Source: Eledone cirrhosa
Lineage: Eukaryota
Direction: 5' to 3'
Length of the DNA: 64,000 nt
Assembly: GCA_964016885.1 (NCBI GenBank)
Contig: OZ024751.1
Coordinates: 45,756,001-45,820,000, forward strand
Shown: positions 1 through 15,795 of the stretch, in pieces
Layout: each line of letters begins with the position of its first letter
Position numbering within the stretch: position 1 is the first letter of the stretch
The notes under the pieces: model-generated
Told to the model about the DNA's origin: nothing
Database searches by the model: none
Seen by the model: the letters and a program-made list of their open reading frames with translations, nothing else
Made by a program: the position numbers and the translations under genes

Positions 1-297
1 ATCAAAATCTCGTAGATCCGATATTATGTGAGATAATTATGTAAGATAAAGCCTTTACCATAAAATACGATAGTAAATATAGAGTAATGTAAATGCTAAA
101 GAGTTAAATCATTTCAAAACTAGTCAGGAATAAAAGTTCACAAACATATGTGTGTATAACAGCAATCAATATTATGTCAAAAACATGAAACAATGTCCAA
201 GCCAAACAAAATAAGGAAACATGACCAGTAATAAACCAATAAAAATATAGAACCAGTGATAGGGACCATCCTGAGTGAAGTGAGGAAGTAAATTTAG

Positions 298-556
298 TTT
301 AACCCTTCTGACAGCCACAAACTCCTGGAATCAACTCTGGTTCTAGAATCATACAAAACTATTTGTTCTTAAATGACTACACTTATCTTAAAACCTTCCA
401 TCAAAATTTTATATAAGAATTTTAAAGTTGTTTCAAACACCAACTTAATAATGATAAAATTATATTACTAATTCTCTCAAAATTTTCATTAATTTTCTAA
501 ATTATTTGAAAATCATAGGCAACATCCTTCATTAGAAAAACGTTAAGGGAAAAGTT
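298..556. mobile_element. Decayed TTAA-ended MITE (piggyBac-like), copy of a family recurring in the window
   Basis: Begins TTAACCCTT. The body (ctggttct...aaaaccttcc...aaacacc...ttactaa...attagaaa) resembles the reverse complement of 16351-16710 and 44200-44384. Confidence 0.45.
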
Positions 557-864
557 TTATATATATATATAAATATATATACCCACATACACACACTACA
601 CTATATATTGAGTGCCCTGTCCTTCATTTGTTTAGCAAGAGTAATGTTTGAACACTCTGTATGTGTGAGTGTGTGTGTGTGCTTACACACATACACGCTC
701 AGATATATGTGTACATAGACACAAACATGTGCATACATAATACATATATACAGAGTTCTTGACAGCTAAAGTGAATAGGTATCACTGCCACAACCAACAG
801 CAACATGAAATTTAATTAATTTAAACAAAACATGAACACTAAGAAAATTATGTGTATATAACAA

Positions 865-901
<37 letters not shown>

Positions 902-1034
902 TGTATATACAAATATATATACATATGCATGCATACAGATATATATATATATATATATATACTGTGTGTGTGTGTGTGTATACACACACACACACACAGT
1001 ATATATGTATACACACACATCTGAAATGAACCTC

Positions 1035-1225
1035 CATTGATTACAACGATGAGTGTTCCAGTTGTTCAATCAACAAGACAATCTGCACATGAAATTAACG
1101 TCTAAGTGGCTGAGCATACAACAGATATAGATACCCATATCGTATTTCTCAGGGAGATTCAGCATGACATAGTGTGTGACAAGACTGTTCCTTTATATTA
1201 CAGATACAGTCAATCTGACAGGCTT
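1035..1225 (-). mobile_element. Old SINE fragment (family also at 33795-33925 and 63025-63352)
   Basis: Shares the blocks ttccagttg.tcaatcaac, catgaaattaa and cgtatttctcaggg.gattcagcatgaca with the other copies. Confidence 0.5.
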
Positions 1226-1613
1226 TCAAACAGCTTCTGTCTACTCAGTTTTACTTACACATATATATATTCACACATACACACACACAAATATATACAT
1301 CCACACACATATATATACACGCATACACACACAATACATATATATGTGTATGTATGTATGTATGTATATGTGTGTGTGTGTCAATATAAATCGTTACATA
1401 TATGAAATAAGAGAAAACTATATAATAGTAAATAATTTATTATCTTTTTTTCTCTATTTTTTGAATAAGTTGAAAGTTTTAAATTCCATTAAAACAGCAC
1501 GGAGTGTAGAGGGGGGTGTATGTGTTAGAGGGAGTAGTGTTTATCTTAGGGGTGGTGGTGTATAGCAGGGGTTGTGTGTTAGGGAAGGTAACTGGTAATG
1601 TGAAGGTATGTTT

Positions 1614-1797
1614 GGATTGGCAGTATCGGTAGAGGGTCGAACGTCATGCTTTGACGCATAGAATTACGGCCCTTTCCATTCTGAGTTCAAATCCCGCCGA
1701 GGTTAACTTTGCCTTTCATCCTTACGGGGTCGATAAAATAAAGTACCAGTAATGTACTGGGTAATTGCTGGCCTTGTGCTAAAAGTAGAAACAATTA
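1614..1797 (+). mobile_element. tRNA-derived SINE with Meta-like central domain
   Basis: B-box GAGTTCAAATCC followed by gcctttcatccttacggggtcgataaaataaagtaccag; ends agtagaaacaatta. Many near-identical copies in the window. Confidence 0.8.
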
Positions 1798-1802
1798 TAT
1801 AT

Positions 1803-2040
1803 ATCATCATCATAATTACGTCCGTTTTTCCACGCTCGCAAGGGTTGGACATATCTTTTTCAGCACAGCAACTCTACTCAATGCATTCCTTTGTCCTCTC
1901 GTCTGTGAGTTTCAATGATTTGAGGTCAGCTTTCGCCACCTCTGCTTAGGTCTCACTTGGTCTACCTTTACTGTGGCTTCCTTCTGCTTCTTCACCCAGC
2001 GATCATCATGCATGCACATCATATGTCCATACCAACTTTA
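1803..2040 (-). mobile_element. RTE-clade LINE 3' end (decayed)
   Basis: Minus strand reads approximately WYGHMMCMHDDRWVKK..GRP..AEVAKADLKSLKLTDE, then the ggaaaaacggacgt end and a (GAT)n tail. Confidence 0.7.
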
Positions 2041-2329
2041 CTAACACTCTTTCTGTAACCCTGATAACCGGATTTAACAATCTGATGCCGCTGTAATTGC
2101 TTCTCTCTGGTGTCTCTCTTTTACCTTGTAGCAGTGGTCAATGATATTACTGTCCCAGTCATTGGGTATGACACCTTCCTGTACTATCTGGTTTACTATA
2201 CAGGGTAGCTAGTCTGTGTCCTACTCCACCAGATAGTTTAACAATCCTCAAAGGTCCAGCAGCATTCCCTACCTTCAATATTGATTGGTTCCTCAGTTGG
2301 GTATATTTGGGGTAGCTCCTTACTCTCTC

Positions 2330-2455
2330 ATGCATTTTCCTCATTCAATAATCTCTTGTAGTAACACTTCCATGCTTCCCTCTTTTTAAGGGTAAGTGAG
2401 CCACTGTCATTTTGTACATACTTTTCTCCCATGACATCCTGGTTCTCTCTTGTAT
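2330..2455 (-). mobile_element. RTE ORF linker-region remnant
   Basis: Minus strand reads approximately RENQDVMGEKYVQNDSG..KREAWKCYYKRLLNEEN, matching the RTE EN-RT linker pattern W..YY..LLN. Confidence 0.55.
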
Positions 2456-2457
2456 GA

Positions 2458-2516
<59 letters not shown>

Positions 2517-3326
2517 AATTAAATACCACTTCTACTTATATATATATAGACACCAGTGCCTGGCACAAGCCAGTTACTCATCTAACACATACAGGCTGAT
2601 GTTGACTTCACCTCTAATACATTTAAACTCCCTTTCAACCAGCATGTGTATAGGTTCGGAAGTTCAAACATAAGTAATGTGGGATTTGAAAACTAAAAAT
2701 AAACTATATAAATGAAAACAAAGCATTTTATTCGATGCTAAATCATGCTCTGAAAATAAAAGTCTTTGCAACCTTTGCATAACAGAGTTTTGAAGTCTTT
2801 TCTGTTGTTGTTAAAACTCCTACACTAAATGAAAACTGAGAAAGACTCTCTTTTTACCAACATCAAATATTTAAAAACTTTTAGACATTTTAAACTTATT
2901 ACATACTTCACTTACTCCAATATGTCCTTACATAATCTTCCTATCTATATGTGTCTGTGTGTACGTATATATATATATATATCATCATCATTTAACGACC
3001 TCTTTCCCTACTAGAGTATATATATATATGTCATATTCCTATGTTCATTTGCTTCTACGAATGTATGTATATACATATATGATTGTGATTTCCTTGAATT
3101 CTGTTCTACTTGATGTATAATCATTTTACACATATACACATATCTAGATTTTTTACATACATTATTTTGTATATTTATGTAAATCTTTTCATATATATTT
3201 TTACACATCTACTAATGTGTATTTATGCATATTTAGGTGTTTTCATAAATGTTTACATTACATTTCATATTTATATTATAATCCACCTTCTTGTAATTAT
3301 AGATTCATAAATGGCTACATGTAGAT

Positions 3327-3383
<57 letters not shown>

Positions 3384-3848
3384 TATATATAAAGATAATT
3401 TTTCATCTACATACTTGATTATATGTACTAGCAGAAAAACCACCCAGCGGGTGGTTTTCTGCTAGCATGTGTAGTGTGTATATTGATATTATACACAAAT
3501 ATATATGCATGTAGATATGATACATCAAATAAAATCGTAATTGACAATATACACAGAAATTGAACGAAGTCTATGTTACACTGTCTTCTGTAATCAGAAA
3601 CGCAATTCATGATACATAAAAAAAAGACGATATTATATATAAACTGCATTAGGAGAAAATTAGCGACGGAAATATATGCGATTATAAGTGTTACAATATA
3701 ACGGCCGCTAACCGGAAGTGTTGACATTTGAAAATTTTAAAGAAGTGAATTTTAAAGGTCTTTAAATAAGCTATAAAATATATTTAATCAACAGCCACGA
3801 AATTTAGCACATAAATTATGTAATATTCATTTATTATTTATTCAAAGT

Positions 3849-4033
3849 GGTGGTGCATTGGCAGTATCGGTAGAGGGTCGGACATGCTTTCCAGCGTAGT
3901 TACGTCCCTTTACGATCTGAGTTCAAATCCTGCCAAGGTTAACTTTGCTTTTCATCCTTACAGGGTCGATAAAATAAAGTACCAGTAATGTACTGGGTAA
4001 TTGCTGGCCTTGTGCCAAAAGTAGAAACAATTA
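3849..4033 (+). mobile_element. Meta-like tRNA-derived SINE
   Basis: Near-full copy of 1614-1797. Confidence 0.8.
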
Positions 4034-4165
4034 TTTATTCAAAGTAATCCAACTTATTTTACAAACGGGGTAAAATAATATATTCTGGACGCAATCCCGC
4101 ACTCCTTTATTATAGTTAAGATATATACACACACATATATATGCATACATATTTTTATATATATA

Positions 4166-5030
4166 CTAGCAGTAAAGCCCGGCGTTGCTCGGGGTCGCTC
4201 AGTAGCTGTGTTAAAGTTACAATGTTAAGTTTCTTTCTTGGCTTAAAAACTGTAGTGTCTACTGTGCAGACTTGCATGTGGTGTTTTTGATTAATATTCC
4301 CTCAACCAACAATATGCCTTATGAAGTTAAGAAAACATAACGATAACCCGAATGTTATAACAAAAGAGGATGCTGGGGATAGAAACTGCACTGGTTATTT
4401 ATTAACAAAGATCGAAAATGTAAACACTGCAACGCAGAGAAAAACATTAGCGTAACCAAATTATCAGTTATGTCTGTCTGCACGCCTATATCACCTCTCT
4501 GCACGACTGTCTGTCTGCACGCCTATATCACCTCTCTGCACGACTGTCTGTCTGCACGCCTAACGAAATTTACAGATACATATATTTTAAATAAACTTAC
4601 ATAATTTTTGCTTTTTTTTAACGAAATATTTGCTTGTTTTACGTAGTCTTTAAATAGACTTGTTTTCAAGTAAAAATATTGTTTTAAAAGGCTTTTAAAT
4701 GGAAATGAAGCAAAACGGAAGCTTAGTGTTCGAACGTATTGTGTTAATGTCATTTTAAACGCTGAGAAAGCCAGCGTAATTTTTTACGTAAGACGCTCAA
4801 TGTAAACAGAACAAAGGGAAATAACTGATAACTTACGCTCAAAAATCGATACATTATATTCGATTTCGTCACATAGGGTGGGTCAATTTGAAATTTTTTT
4901 TTTCCGATGTCTTCGCTAGGGCTCAATGTACAAGTCTAGCAATTTCGGTGCAATTCCGTGAGAGATTCTAAGAGGAGATGTGTGCCAAAAATCGATAGAC
5001 AGACAGACAACCACAGTTTTATATATATAT
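4166..5030 (-). mobile_element. Non-autonomous Helitron
   Basis: Minus-strand 3' end cccgagcaacgccggg (hairpin) + ctttactgCTAG|T. The 5' end reads (TA)nAAAACTGTGGTTGTCTGTCTG. Contains an internal 37-bp tandem repeat at 4472-4562. Confidence 0.7.
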
Positions 5031-5041
5031 ATATATATATA

Positions 5042-5260
5042 AGGAACGATCGACTTTCGTCAAATCGGACCGAGGGAACAATGTTTCCGTTGGTCTTTCC
5101 AATTGCTAATACTATCTATCGGTCGCAACTCCAGGTAGAAGGAGCAACGTGAAATAAAGTGTCTTGCTCAAGGACATAACGCATCGCCTGGTCCAGGAAT
5201 CGAACTCACAACCTTACGATTGCGAATCCAATTCCTTAACCACTCAGCCACACGCCTTCA
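5042..5260 (-). mobile_element. tRNA-derived SINE with CORE-like box (family B, tail type 1)
   Basis: Minus strand has A-box TGGCTGAGTGG, B-box GAGTTCGATTCC and gtccttgagcaagacacttt. Near-identical to 20315-20537 and flanked by (TA)n. Confidence 0.8.
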
Positions 5261-5769
5261 CATATATATATATATATGCATAAATATTTATACATACATA
5301 CATAAATATATATACATACATATACACACATGCATGTATATATTTTTTTACAGTTAATCTCTTAAATCATCAATTCTTCTCAAATATTTCCCTGTCAACA
5401 TATATTTGCTATATGAGAATTTTCAGAGCATAAACGTCAATATCGTCCTATTTCTTAACTAAAGTTCACATATTTCCTTACATGAATTTTAAATATTGTT
5501 TAATATGTCTTCTGCTTTATACAGACCACCATTTTGATCTGGTCCCCCACACACATTCAAAACAAGTCTTGTGAAGCAAAATTACTAACATTCCAACAAG
5601 TTTCTCTTCAGTTTGAATGAAAAATATTTTTAATTAATTTGATCAAGTTTTAGAATCCATCATAAAACATAAAATACTTTGAAATATCAATGGTTATTTT
5701 TTATTGAAATAATAAGGGTTAAGTTACTTCCCTTATCAGTCAAATAAAATCACGTTTGTGATCTTTAAC

Positions 5770-5940
5770 AATTTCATTACCATATTTCTATTGAAAGCCC
5801 CTGTCTATGACTTTAGCCCTTTCATTACTATATTTCTAATGAAAAATATTGTCTTTATCCAATTTATTACCATATTTCTAATGAAAAACACTGTATCGTT
5901 AACTCTTTCATTACTATATTTCTAATGAAAAACAGTGTCT
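5770..5940. repeat. About 4 tandem ~45-bp units derived from the TTAA-MITE terminus
   Basis: Repeated ttcattac(c/t)atatttcta(a/t)tgaaa, matching the MITE end at 16351. Confidence 0.5.
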
Positions 5941-6102
5941 ATGATTTGCGAATCCTTTTGAAAATAATCAAGAATTTGTAGCAGTTTTGTAAATATAACC
6001 AAAATGTCTCATTATTTATGTTTGGAATATAACTTAACAAAAGTGAAAAGTGTGCATACATAAGGTTTTTTTAATGAATATAAATACTTTAATATATATA
6101 TA

Positions 6103-6133
<31 letters not shown>

Positions 6134-6682
6134 ATATTATATATATATTATTTAAGAAATAACCAACACAGAGATACAAAAACAATTACTCTGATTCCTA
6201 CTGGTGATTGTATCCCCCCTCCCAGACCATTGTCCACTTCATTAACCACCACCTCTTCAATTTCGTTACCTCCACCAAGAAACAAACTCTGCTCACTTCT
6301 CTCTCTCTCACCCATCTTGTCAGTCACCACAATACTCACCCACCTCTCACTTCCCACCTCAACCCCACTAACCCTTCACATACCCCCTTCTTCTCTCTCT
6401 CCCTCACATACAACCCCACACTGTTGTTACACTACATACCAATCACATCTACCTGTAATGATTTACAAATGTGCGCCAACATTGAACAATTGCCCAATGT
6501 TGGCCACTAACCATTACACTGGACACCAAGCCAAGGACACTCAGTTCAGTCATCTCGACTCCTTCATGGATACAAGCCACAGAACATTGAACTGCTTCTA
6601 TTTCGATAAGTGGTCATGATGTACCCTCCTCACCTGGGCAGAGGTCTCTGCTCACTACATTAACCCTGTCAGTAAAGATGGC

Positions 6683-6773
6683 ACTTTCCTTTCATCCTTA
6701 CGGGGTCGATAAAATAAAGTACCAGTAATGTACTGGTTAGTTGCTGGTCTTGTGCCAAAAGTAGAAACAACTA
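6683..6773 (+). mobile_element. Meta-like SINE 3' half
   Basis: ctttcatccttacggggtcgataaaataaagtaccag...gtagaaacaa. Confidence 0.75.
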
Positions 6774-6774
6774 T

Positions 6775-9700
6775 GATAGTGGGACACACAGATCTCTGGT
6801 GACATTGTGGTGGGACACACAGATCACTGGTGACGTTATGGTGGTGGGACACACAGACCACTGGTGACGTTATGGTGGTGGGACACACAGATCTCTGGTG
6901 ACATTGTGGTGGGACACACAGACCACTGGTGACATTATGGTGGGACACACAGACCACTGGTGACGTTATGGTGGTGGGACACACAGACCACTGGTGACGT
7001 TATGGTGGTGGGACACACAGACCACTGGTGACATTGTGGTGGTGGGACACACAGACACCACTGGTGACGTTATGGTGGTGGGACACACAGACCACTGGAC
7101 ACACAGATCTCTGGTGACATTGTGGTGGGACACACAGACCACTGGTGACGTTATAGTGGTGGGACACCCAGATCTCTGGTGACATTGTGGTGGGACACAC
7201 AGACCACTGGTGACATTATGGTGGTGGGACACACAGACCACTGGTGACGTTATGGTGGTGGGACACACAGACCACTGGTGACGTTATAGTGGTGGGACAC
7301 CCAGATCTCTGGTGACATTGTGGTGGGACACACAGACCACTGGTGACGTTATGGTGGGACACACAGACCGCTGGTGACGTTATGGTGGTGAGACACCCAG
7401 ATCTCTGGTGACATTGTGGTGGGACACACAGACCACTGGTGACGTTATGGTGGTGGGACACACAGACTACTGGTGACGTTATGGTGGTGGGACACACAGA
7501 CCACTGGTGACGTTATGGTGGTGGGACACACAGATCTCTGGTGACATTGTGGTGGGACACACAGACCACTGGTGACGTTATCGTGGTGGGACACACAGAT
7601 CTCTGGTGATGTTATGGTGGTGGGACACACAGACCACTGGTGACATTGTGGTGGTGGGACACACAGAATCTGGTGATGTTATGGTGGTGGGACACACAGA
7701 CCACTGGTGATGTTATGGTGGTGGGACACACAGACCACTGGTGATGTTATGGTGGTGGGACACACAGACCACTGGTGATGTTATGGTGGTGGGACACACA
7801 GACCACTGGTGACATTGTGGTGGGACACACAGACCACTGGTGACGTTATCGTGGTGGGACACACAGACCACTGGTGACGTTATGGTGGTGGGGCACACAG
7901 ACCACTGGTGATGTTATGGTGGTGGGACACACAGATCTCTGGTGACATTGTGGTGGTGGGACACACAGACCACTGGTGACGTTATGGTGGTGGGACACAC
8001 AGACCACTGGTGACGTTATGGTGGTGGGACACACAGACCACTGGTGATGTTATGGTGGTGGGACACACAGATCTCTGGTGACATTGTGGTGGTGGGACAC
8101 ACAGACCACTGGTGACGTTATGGTGGTGGGACACACAGACCACTGGTGACATTGTGGTGGGACACACAGACCACTGGTGACATTGTGGTGGGACACACAG
8201 ACCACTGGTGACGTTATGGTGGTGGGACACACAGACCACTGGTGACGTTATGGTGGGACACACAGACCACTGGTGACGTTATGGTGGTGGGACACACAGA
8301 CCACTGGTGACGTTATGGTGGTGGGACACACAGACCACTGGTGACATTGTGGTGGTGGGACACACAGACACCACTGGTGACGTTATGGTGGTGGGACACA
8401 CAGACCACTGGACACACAGATCTCTGGTGACATTGTGGTGGGACACACAGACCACTGGTGACGTTATAGTGGTGGGACACCCAGATCTCTGGTGACATTG
8501 TGGTGGGACACACAGACCACTGGTGACATTATGGTGGTGGGACACACAGACCACTGGTGACGTTATGGTGGTGGGACACACAGACCACTGGTGACGTTAT
8601 AGTGGTGGGACACCCAGATCTCTGGTGACATTGTGGTGGGACACACAGACCACTGGTGACGTTATGGTGGGACACACAGACCGCTGGTGACGTTATGGTG
8701 GTGAGACACCCAGATCTCTGGTGACATTGTGGTGGGACACACAGACCACTGGTGACGTTATGGTGGTGGGACACACAGACTACTGGTGACGTTATGGTGG
8801 TGGGACACACAGACCACTGGTGACGTTATGGTGGTGGGACACACAGATCTCTGGTGACATTGTGGTGGGACACACAGACCACTGGTGACATTGTGGTGGG
8901 ACACACAGACCACTGGTGATGTTATGGTGGTGGGACACACAGACCACTAGTGACGTTATGGTGGTGGGACACACAGATCTCTGGTGACATTGTGGTGGGA
9001 CACACAGACCACTGGTGATGTTATGGTGGTGGGACACACAGGCCACTGGTGACGTTATGGTGGTGGGACACACAGACCACTGGTGATGTTATGGTGGTGG
9101 GACACACAGATCTCTGGTGACATTGTGGTGGGACACACAGCCCACTGGTGATGTTATGGTGGTGGGACACACAGACCACTGGTGACGTTATGGTGGTGGG
9201 ACACACAGACCACTGGTGATGTTATGGTGGTGGGACACACAGATCTCTGGTGATGTTATGGTGGTGGGACACACAGATCACTGGTGACGTTATGGTGGTG
9301 GGACACACAGACCAGTGGTGACGTTATGGTGCTGGGACACACAGATCTCTGGTGACATTGTGGTGGGACACACAGACCACTGGTGACATTGTGGTGGGAC
9401 ACACAGATCTCTGGTGACATTGTGGTGGGACACACAGACCACCGGTGACGTTATGGTGGTGGGACACACAGATCTCTGGTGACGTTATGGTGGTGGGACA
9501 CACAGACCACTGGTGATGTTATGGTGGTGGGACACACAGACCACTGGTGACGTTATGGTGGTGGGACACACAGACCACTGGTGACGTTATGGTGGTGGGA
9601 CACACAGACCACTGGTGACGTTATGGTAGTGGGACACACAGACCACTGGTGACATTGTGGTGGGACACACAGACCACTGGTGACATTGTGGTGGGACACA

Positions 9701-10078
9701 CAGATCTCTGGTGACATTGTGGTGGGACACACAGACCACTGGTGACGTTATGGTGGTGGGACACACAGATCTCTGGTGACGTTATGGTGGTGGGACACAC
9801 AGACCACTGGTGATGTTATGGTGGTGGGACACACAGACCACTGGTGACGTTATGGTGGTGGGACACACAGACCACTGGTGACGTTATGGTAGTGGGACAC
9901 ACAGACCACTTTGACATTGTGGTGGTGGGACACACAGACCACTGGTGACGTTATGGTGGTGGGACACACAGACCACTGGTGACGTTATGGTGGTGGGACA
10001 CACAGACCACTGGTGACGTTATGGTGGTGGGACACACAGATCTCTGGTGACATTGTGGTGGTGGGACACACAGACCAC
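6775..10078. repeat. Minisatellite, 31/34-bp unit, about 100 copies
   Basis: Unit ggtggtgggacacacagaccactggtgacgttat, with gatctct and cattgt variants. Confidence 0.97.
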
Positions 10079-10452
10079 GGGAGTTGTGACAGGGATTTAT
10101 AGTAGTACTATGGTGGTGTGACACACACCAACCTCTACAAGACTAAAGTACTCTGCAAGCTCCTCTTCTATAGTCTTTTACCTTTGATCCCAGCCAAAGT
10201 TACCAACAGCTCATGTCCATCTGCTTGCTCATTTCTCCGAGTTTTTGTGTGAGTGTATGTGTATGTGTGTATATTTGAGTGTGTATGTTTGTGTGAGTGT
10301 GTGTGTGTGTGTGTGTGTGCATATATCTGTGTGTGCAGAGGGATGATACTTTTACCTTCCCTAATTTTTTTCTCTTTTTCTCCCTATCTCACTCTTTTAC
10401 AATTGGCTATGATACACTGTGTTAGGAGACCACCCGCATGTCTCAGTGCCGC

Positions 10453-11033
10453 GCTGTGTCACTTTCCTGCATGGTTTTAAGGGAGGGAGTGAGGGTGAAC
10501 AGGGGACCACCCACTGTGTCACACAGTGCCATGCTGTGTCACTTTCCTCCATGGTTTTAAGGGAGGGAGTGAGGGTGAACAGGGGACCACCCACTGTGTC
10601 ACACAGTGCCATGCTGTGTTACTTTCCTCCATGGTTTTAAGGGAGGGAGTGAGGGTGAACAGGGGACCACCCACTGTGTCACACAGTGCCATGCTGTGTC
10701 ACTTTCCTCCATGGTTTTAAGGGAGGGAGTGAGGGTGAACAGGGGACCACCCACTGTGTCACACAGTGCCATGCTGTGTTACTTTCCTCCATGGTTTTAA
10801 GGGAGGGAGTGAGGGTGAACAGGGGACCACCCACTGTGTCACACAGTGCCATGCTGTGTTACTTTCCTCCATGGTTTTAAGGGAGGGAGTGAGGGTGAAC
10901 AGGGGACCACCCACTGTGTCACACAGTGCCATGCTGTGTCACTTTCCTCCATGGTTTTAAGGGAGGGAGTGAGGGTGAACAGGGGACCACCCACTGTGTC
11001 ACACAGTGCCATGCTGTGTCACTTTCCTCCATG
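10453..11033. repeat. 80-bp tandem repeat, about 7 copies
   Basis: Unit gctgtgtcactttcctccatggttttaagggagggagtgagggtgaacaggggaccacccactgtgtcacacagtgccat; ORF starts recur every 80 nt. Confidence 0.97.
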
Positions 11034-11198
11034 ATTTAAAGGGAGGGATGGAGGATGAACAAGTAGGTAGCTAAGCAACTTTCCCTAATCTAATTTGTAA
11101 CAATAAACCTTTGAAAGAAATCAGAGAACATAGCAAATGTGGACAGATTGATGGGTTATGCGGCATGAAATGGACTATATGTATATGTGTGTCTGTGA

Positions 11199-14220
<3,022 letters not shown>

Positions 14221-14429
14221 CAATCTATAAAGATATGTACAATTTTGCATACATACACACATTGTCAATAGTATTTACACTACCTTACTCTGACATCACA
14301 TATACATCATATATATACATGTCATATACATGTTCACATGTATACACTCCTTTATACAAAATACACAGACATACACTCTCTTTGTGTCTCTAATTATATA
14401 TATATATATATATATTGTATAGCATCACC

Positions 14430-14700
14430 ACCATCATCATCATCACCGTTTTACGCCCGTTTCTTCCACGCTAGCATGGGTTAGACGGGTTGTCCTGTTG
14501 TGGGCAGTGTCCGGTCCACTGACCATGTCTTGCTCATACGGGAACTGATTCTGGCTTGATTTCTACAGCTGGATGCCCTTCCTAACACCAACCTCATTTA
14601 CAGTGAGTGCTGGGTGCTTTTTTTTTCCGTGACGCCTGCACGTCCACTTTACAGAGTGGGCTGGGTGCTTTTTTTCCGTGGCACCTCCACGGCCACTTTG
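14430..14700 (-). mobile_element. SINE with RTE-type (GAT)n tail (family C)
   Basis: catcatcat...ccacgctagcatgggtt...ggatgcccttcctaacaccaacc; homologous to 20687-20850 and 58735-58934. Confidence 0.7.
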
Positions 14701-14754
14701 CAGTAGGAGGGTGTGGGGGAATATTGTCTATATGCTTCAGCTTCGGCTTGTACC

Positions 14755-14863
14755 CATGGAGGGGAGGGGGGTATTCTGTATTACTGCGTGACGCCAGAGG
14801 TCACGGTCGTGTGTCATCGCCCTTGAGAGGTGTAATTGGGTAAGGTCGGCTTTTATCACCTCA
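14755..14863 (-). mobile_element. RTE LINE extreme 3' coding remnant
   Basis: Reads EVIKADLTQLHLSRAMTHDRDLWRHAV (the DL...DR..WR motif). Confidence 0.6.
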
Positions 14864-14903
14864 CACACACATATATATATATATATAACACCAATCAAAC
14901 CCC

Positions 14904-14963
14904 TTTTATAGCTCTGACGAATCCTACGGTTACGTAAGGAAGAAACATTGTAAGCCAATAAAA
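14904..14963 (+). ncRNA. Minimal type I hammerhead ribozyme in a PLE pLTR fragment (14888-15001) between (TA)n tracts
   Basis: gct CTGACGA a tcctacg gtta cgtaagga a GAAAC att GTA agc, followed by AATAAA. Confidence 0.7.
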
Positions 14964-14996
14964 ATCTTTTGATGTTGTAGACGCTCTTGTGTTCTT

Positions 14997-15068
<72 letters not shown>

Positions 15069-15155
15069 CAGTAGGACAAAATACAACCAAATTTTTGAAA
15101 AAGGGTTTATATACCTTGGATAAGTGCTCTGTACCTTGGATATCAAATTTATTAC

Positions 15156-15207
<52 letters not shown>

Positions 15208-15210
15208 GTA

Positions 15211-15795
15211 TAGAACACTTTGATATCCAAGGTGTAGAACACTTTGATATCCAAGGTGTAGAGCACTTTGATATCCAAGGTGTAGAACACTTTGATATCC
15301 AAGGTGTAGAACACTTTGATATCCAAGGTGTAGAGCACTTTGATATCCAAGGTGTAGAACACTTTGATATCCAAGGTGTAGAACACTTTGATATCCAAGG
15401 TGTAGAACACTTTGATATCCAAGGTGTAGAGCACTTTGATATCCAAGGTGTAGAGCACTTTGATATCCAAGGTGTAGAGCACTTTGATATCCAAGGTGTA
15501 GAACACTTTGATATCCAAGGTGTAGAACACTTTGATATCCAAGGTGTAGAGCACTTTGATATCCAAGGTGTAGAGCACTTTGATATCCAAGGTGTAGAAC
15601 ACTTTGATATCCAAGGTGTAGAACACTTTGATATCCAAGGTGTAGAGCACTTTGATATCCAAGGTGTAGAGCACTTTGATATCCAAGGTGTAGAACACTT
15701 TGATATCCAAGGTGTAGAACACTTTGATATCCAAGGTGTAGAACACTTTGATATCCAAGGTGTAGAGCACTTTGATATCCAAGGTGTAGAGCACT
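15211..15795. repeat. 24-bp tandem repeat, about 24 copies
   Basis: Unit taga(a/g)cactttgatatccaaggtg. Confidence 0.97.

Noticed and set aside
6453-6633. Possible minus-strand exon bounded by CAG and GT
   Set aside because: It has stop codons in all three frames and no recognisable protein.
6775-10078. CRISPR-like appearance of the 34-, 24-, 46-, 53- and 57-bp arrays
   Set aside because: Units are directly adjacent with no unique spacers, there are no cas genes, and the context is eukaryotic.
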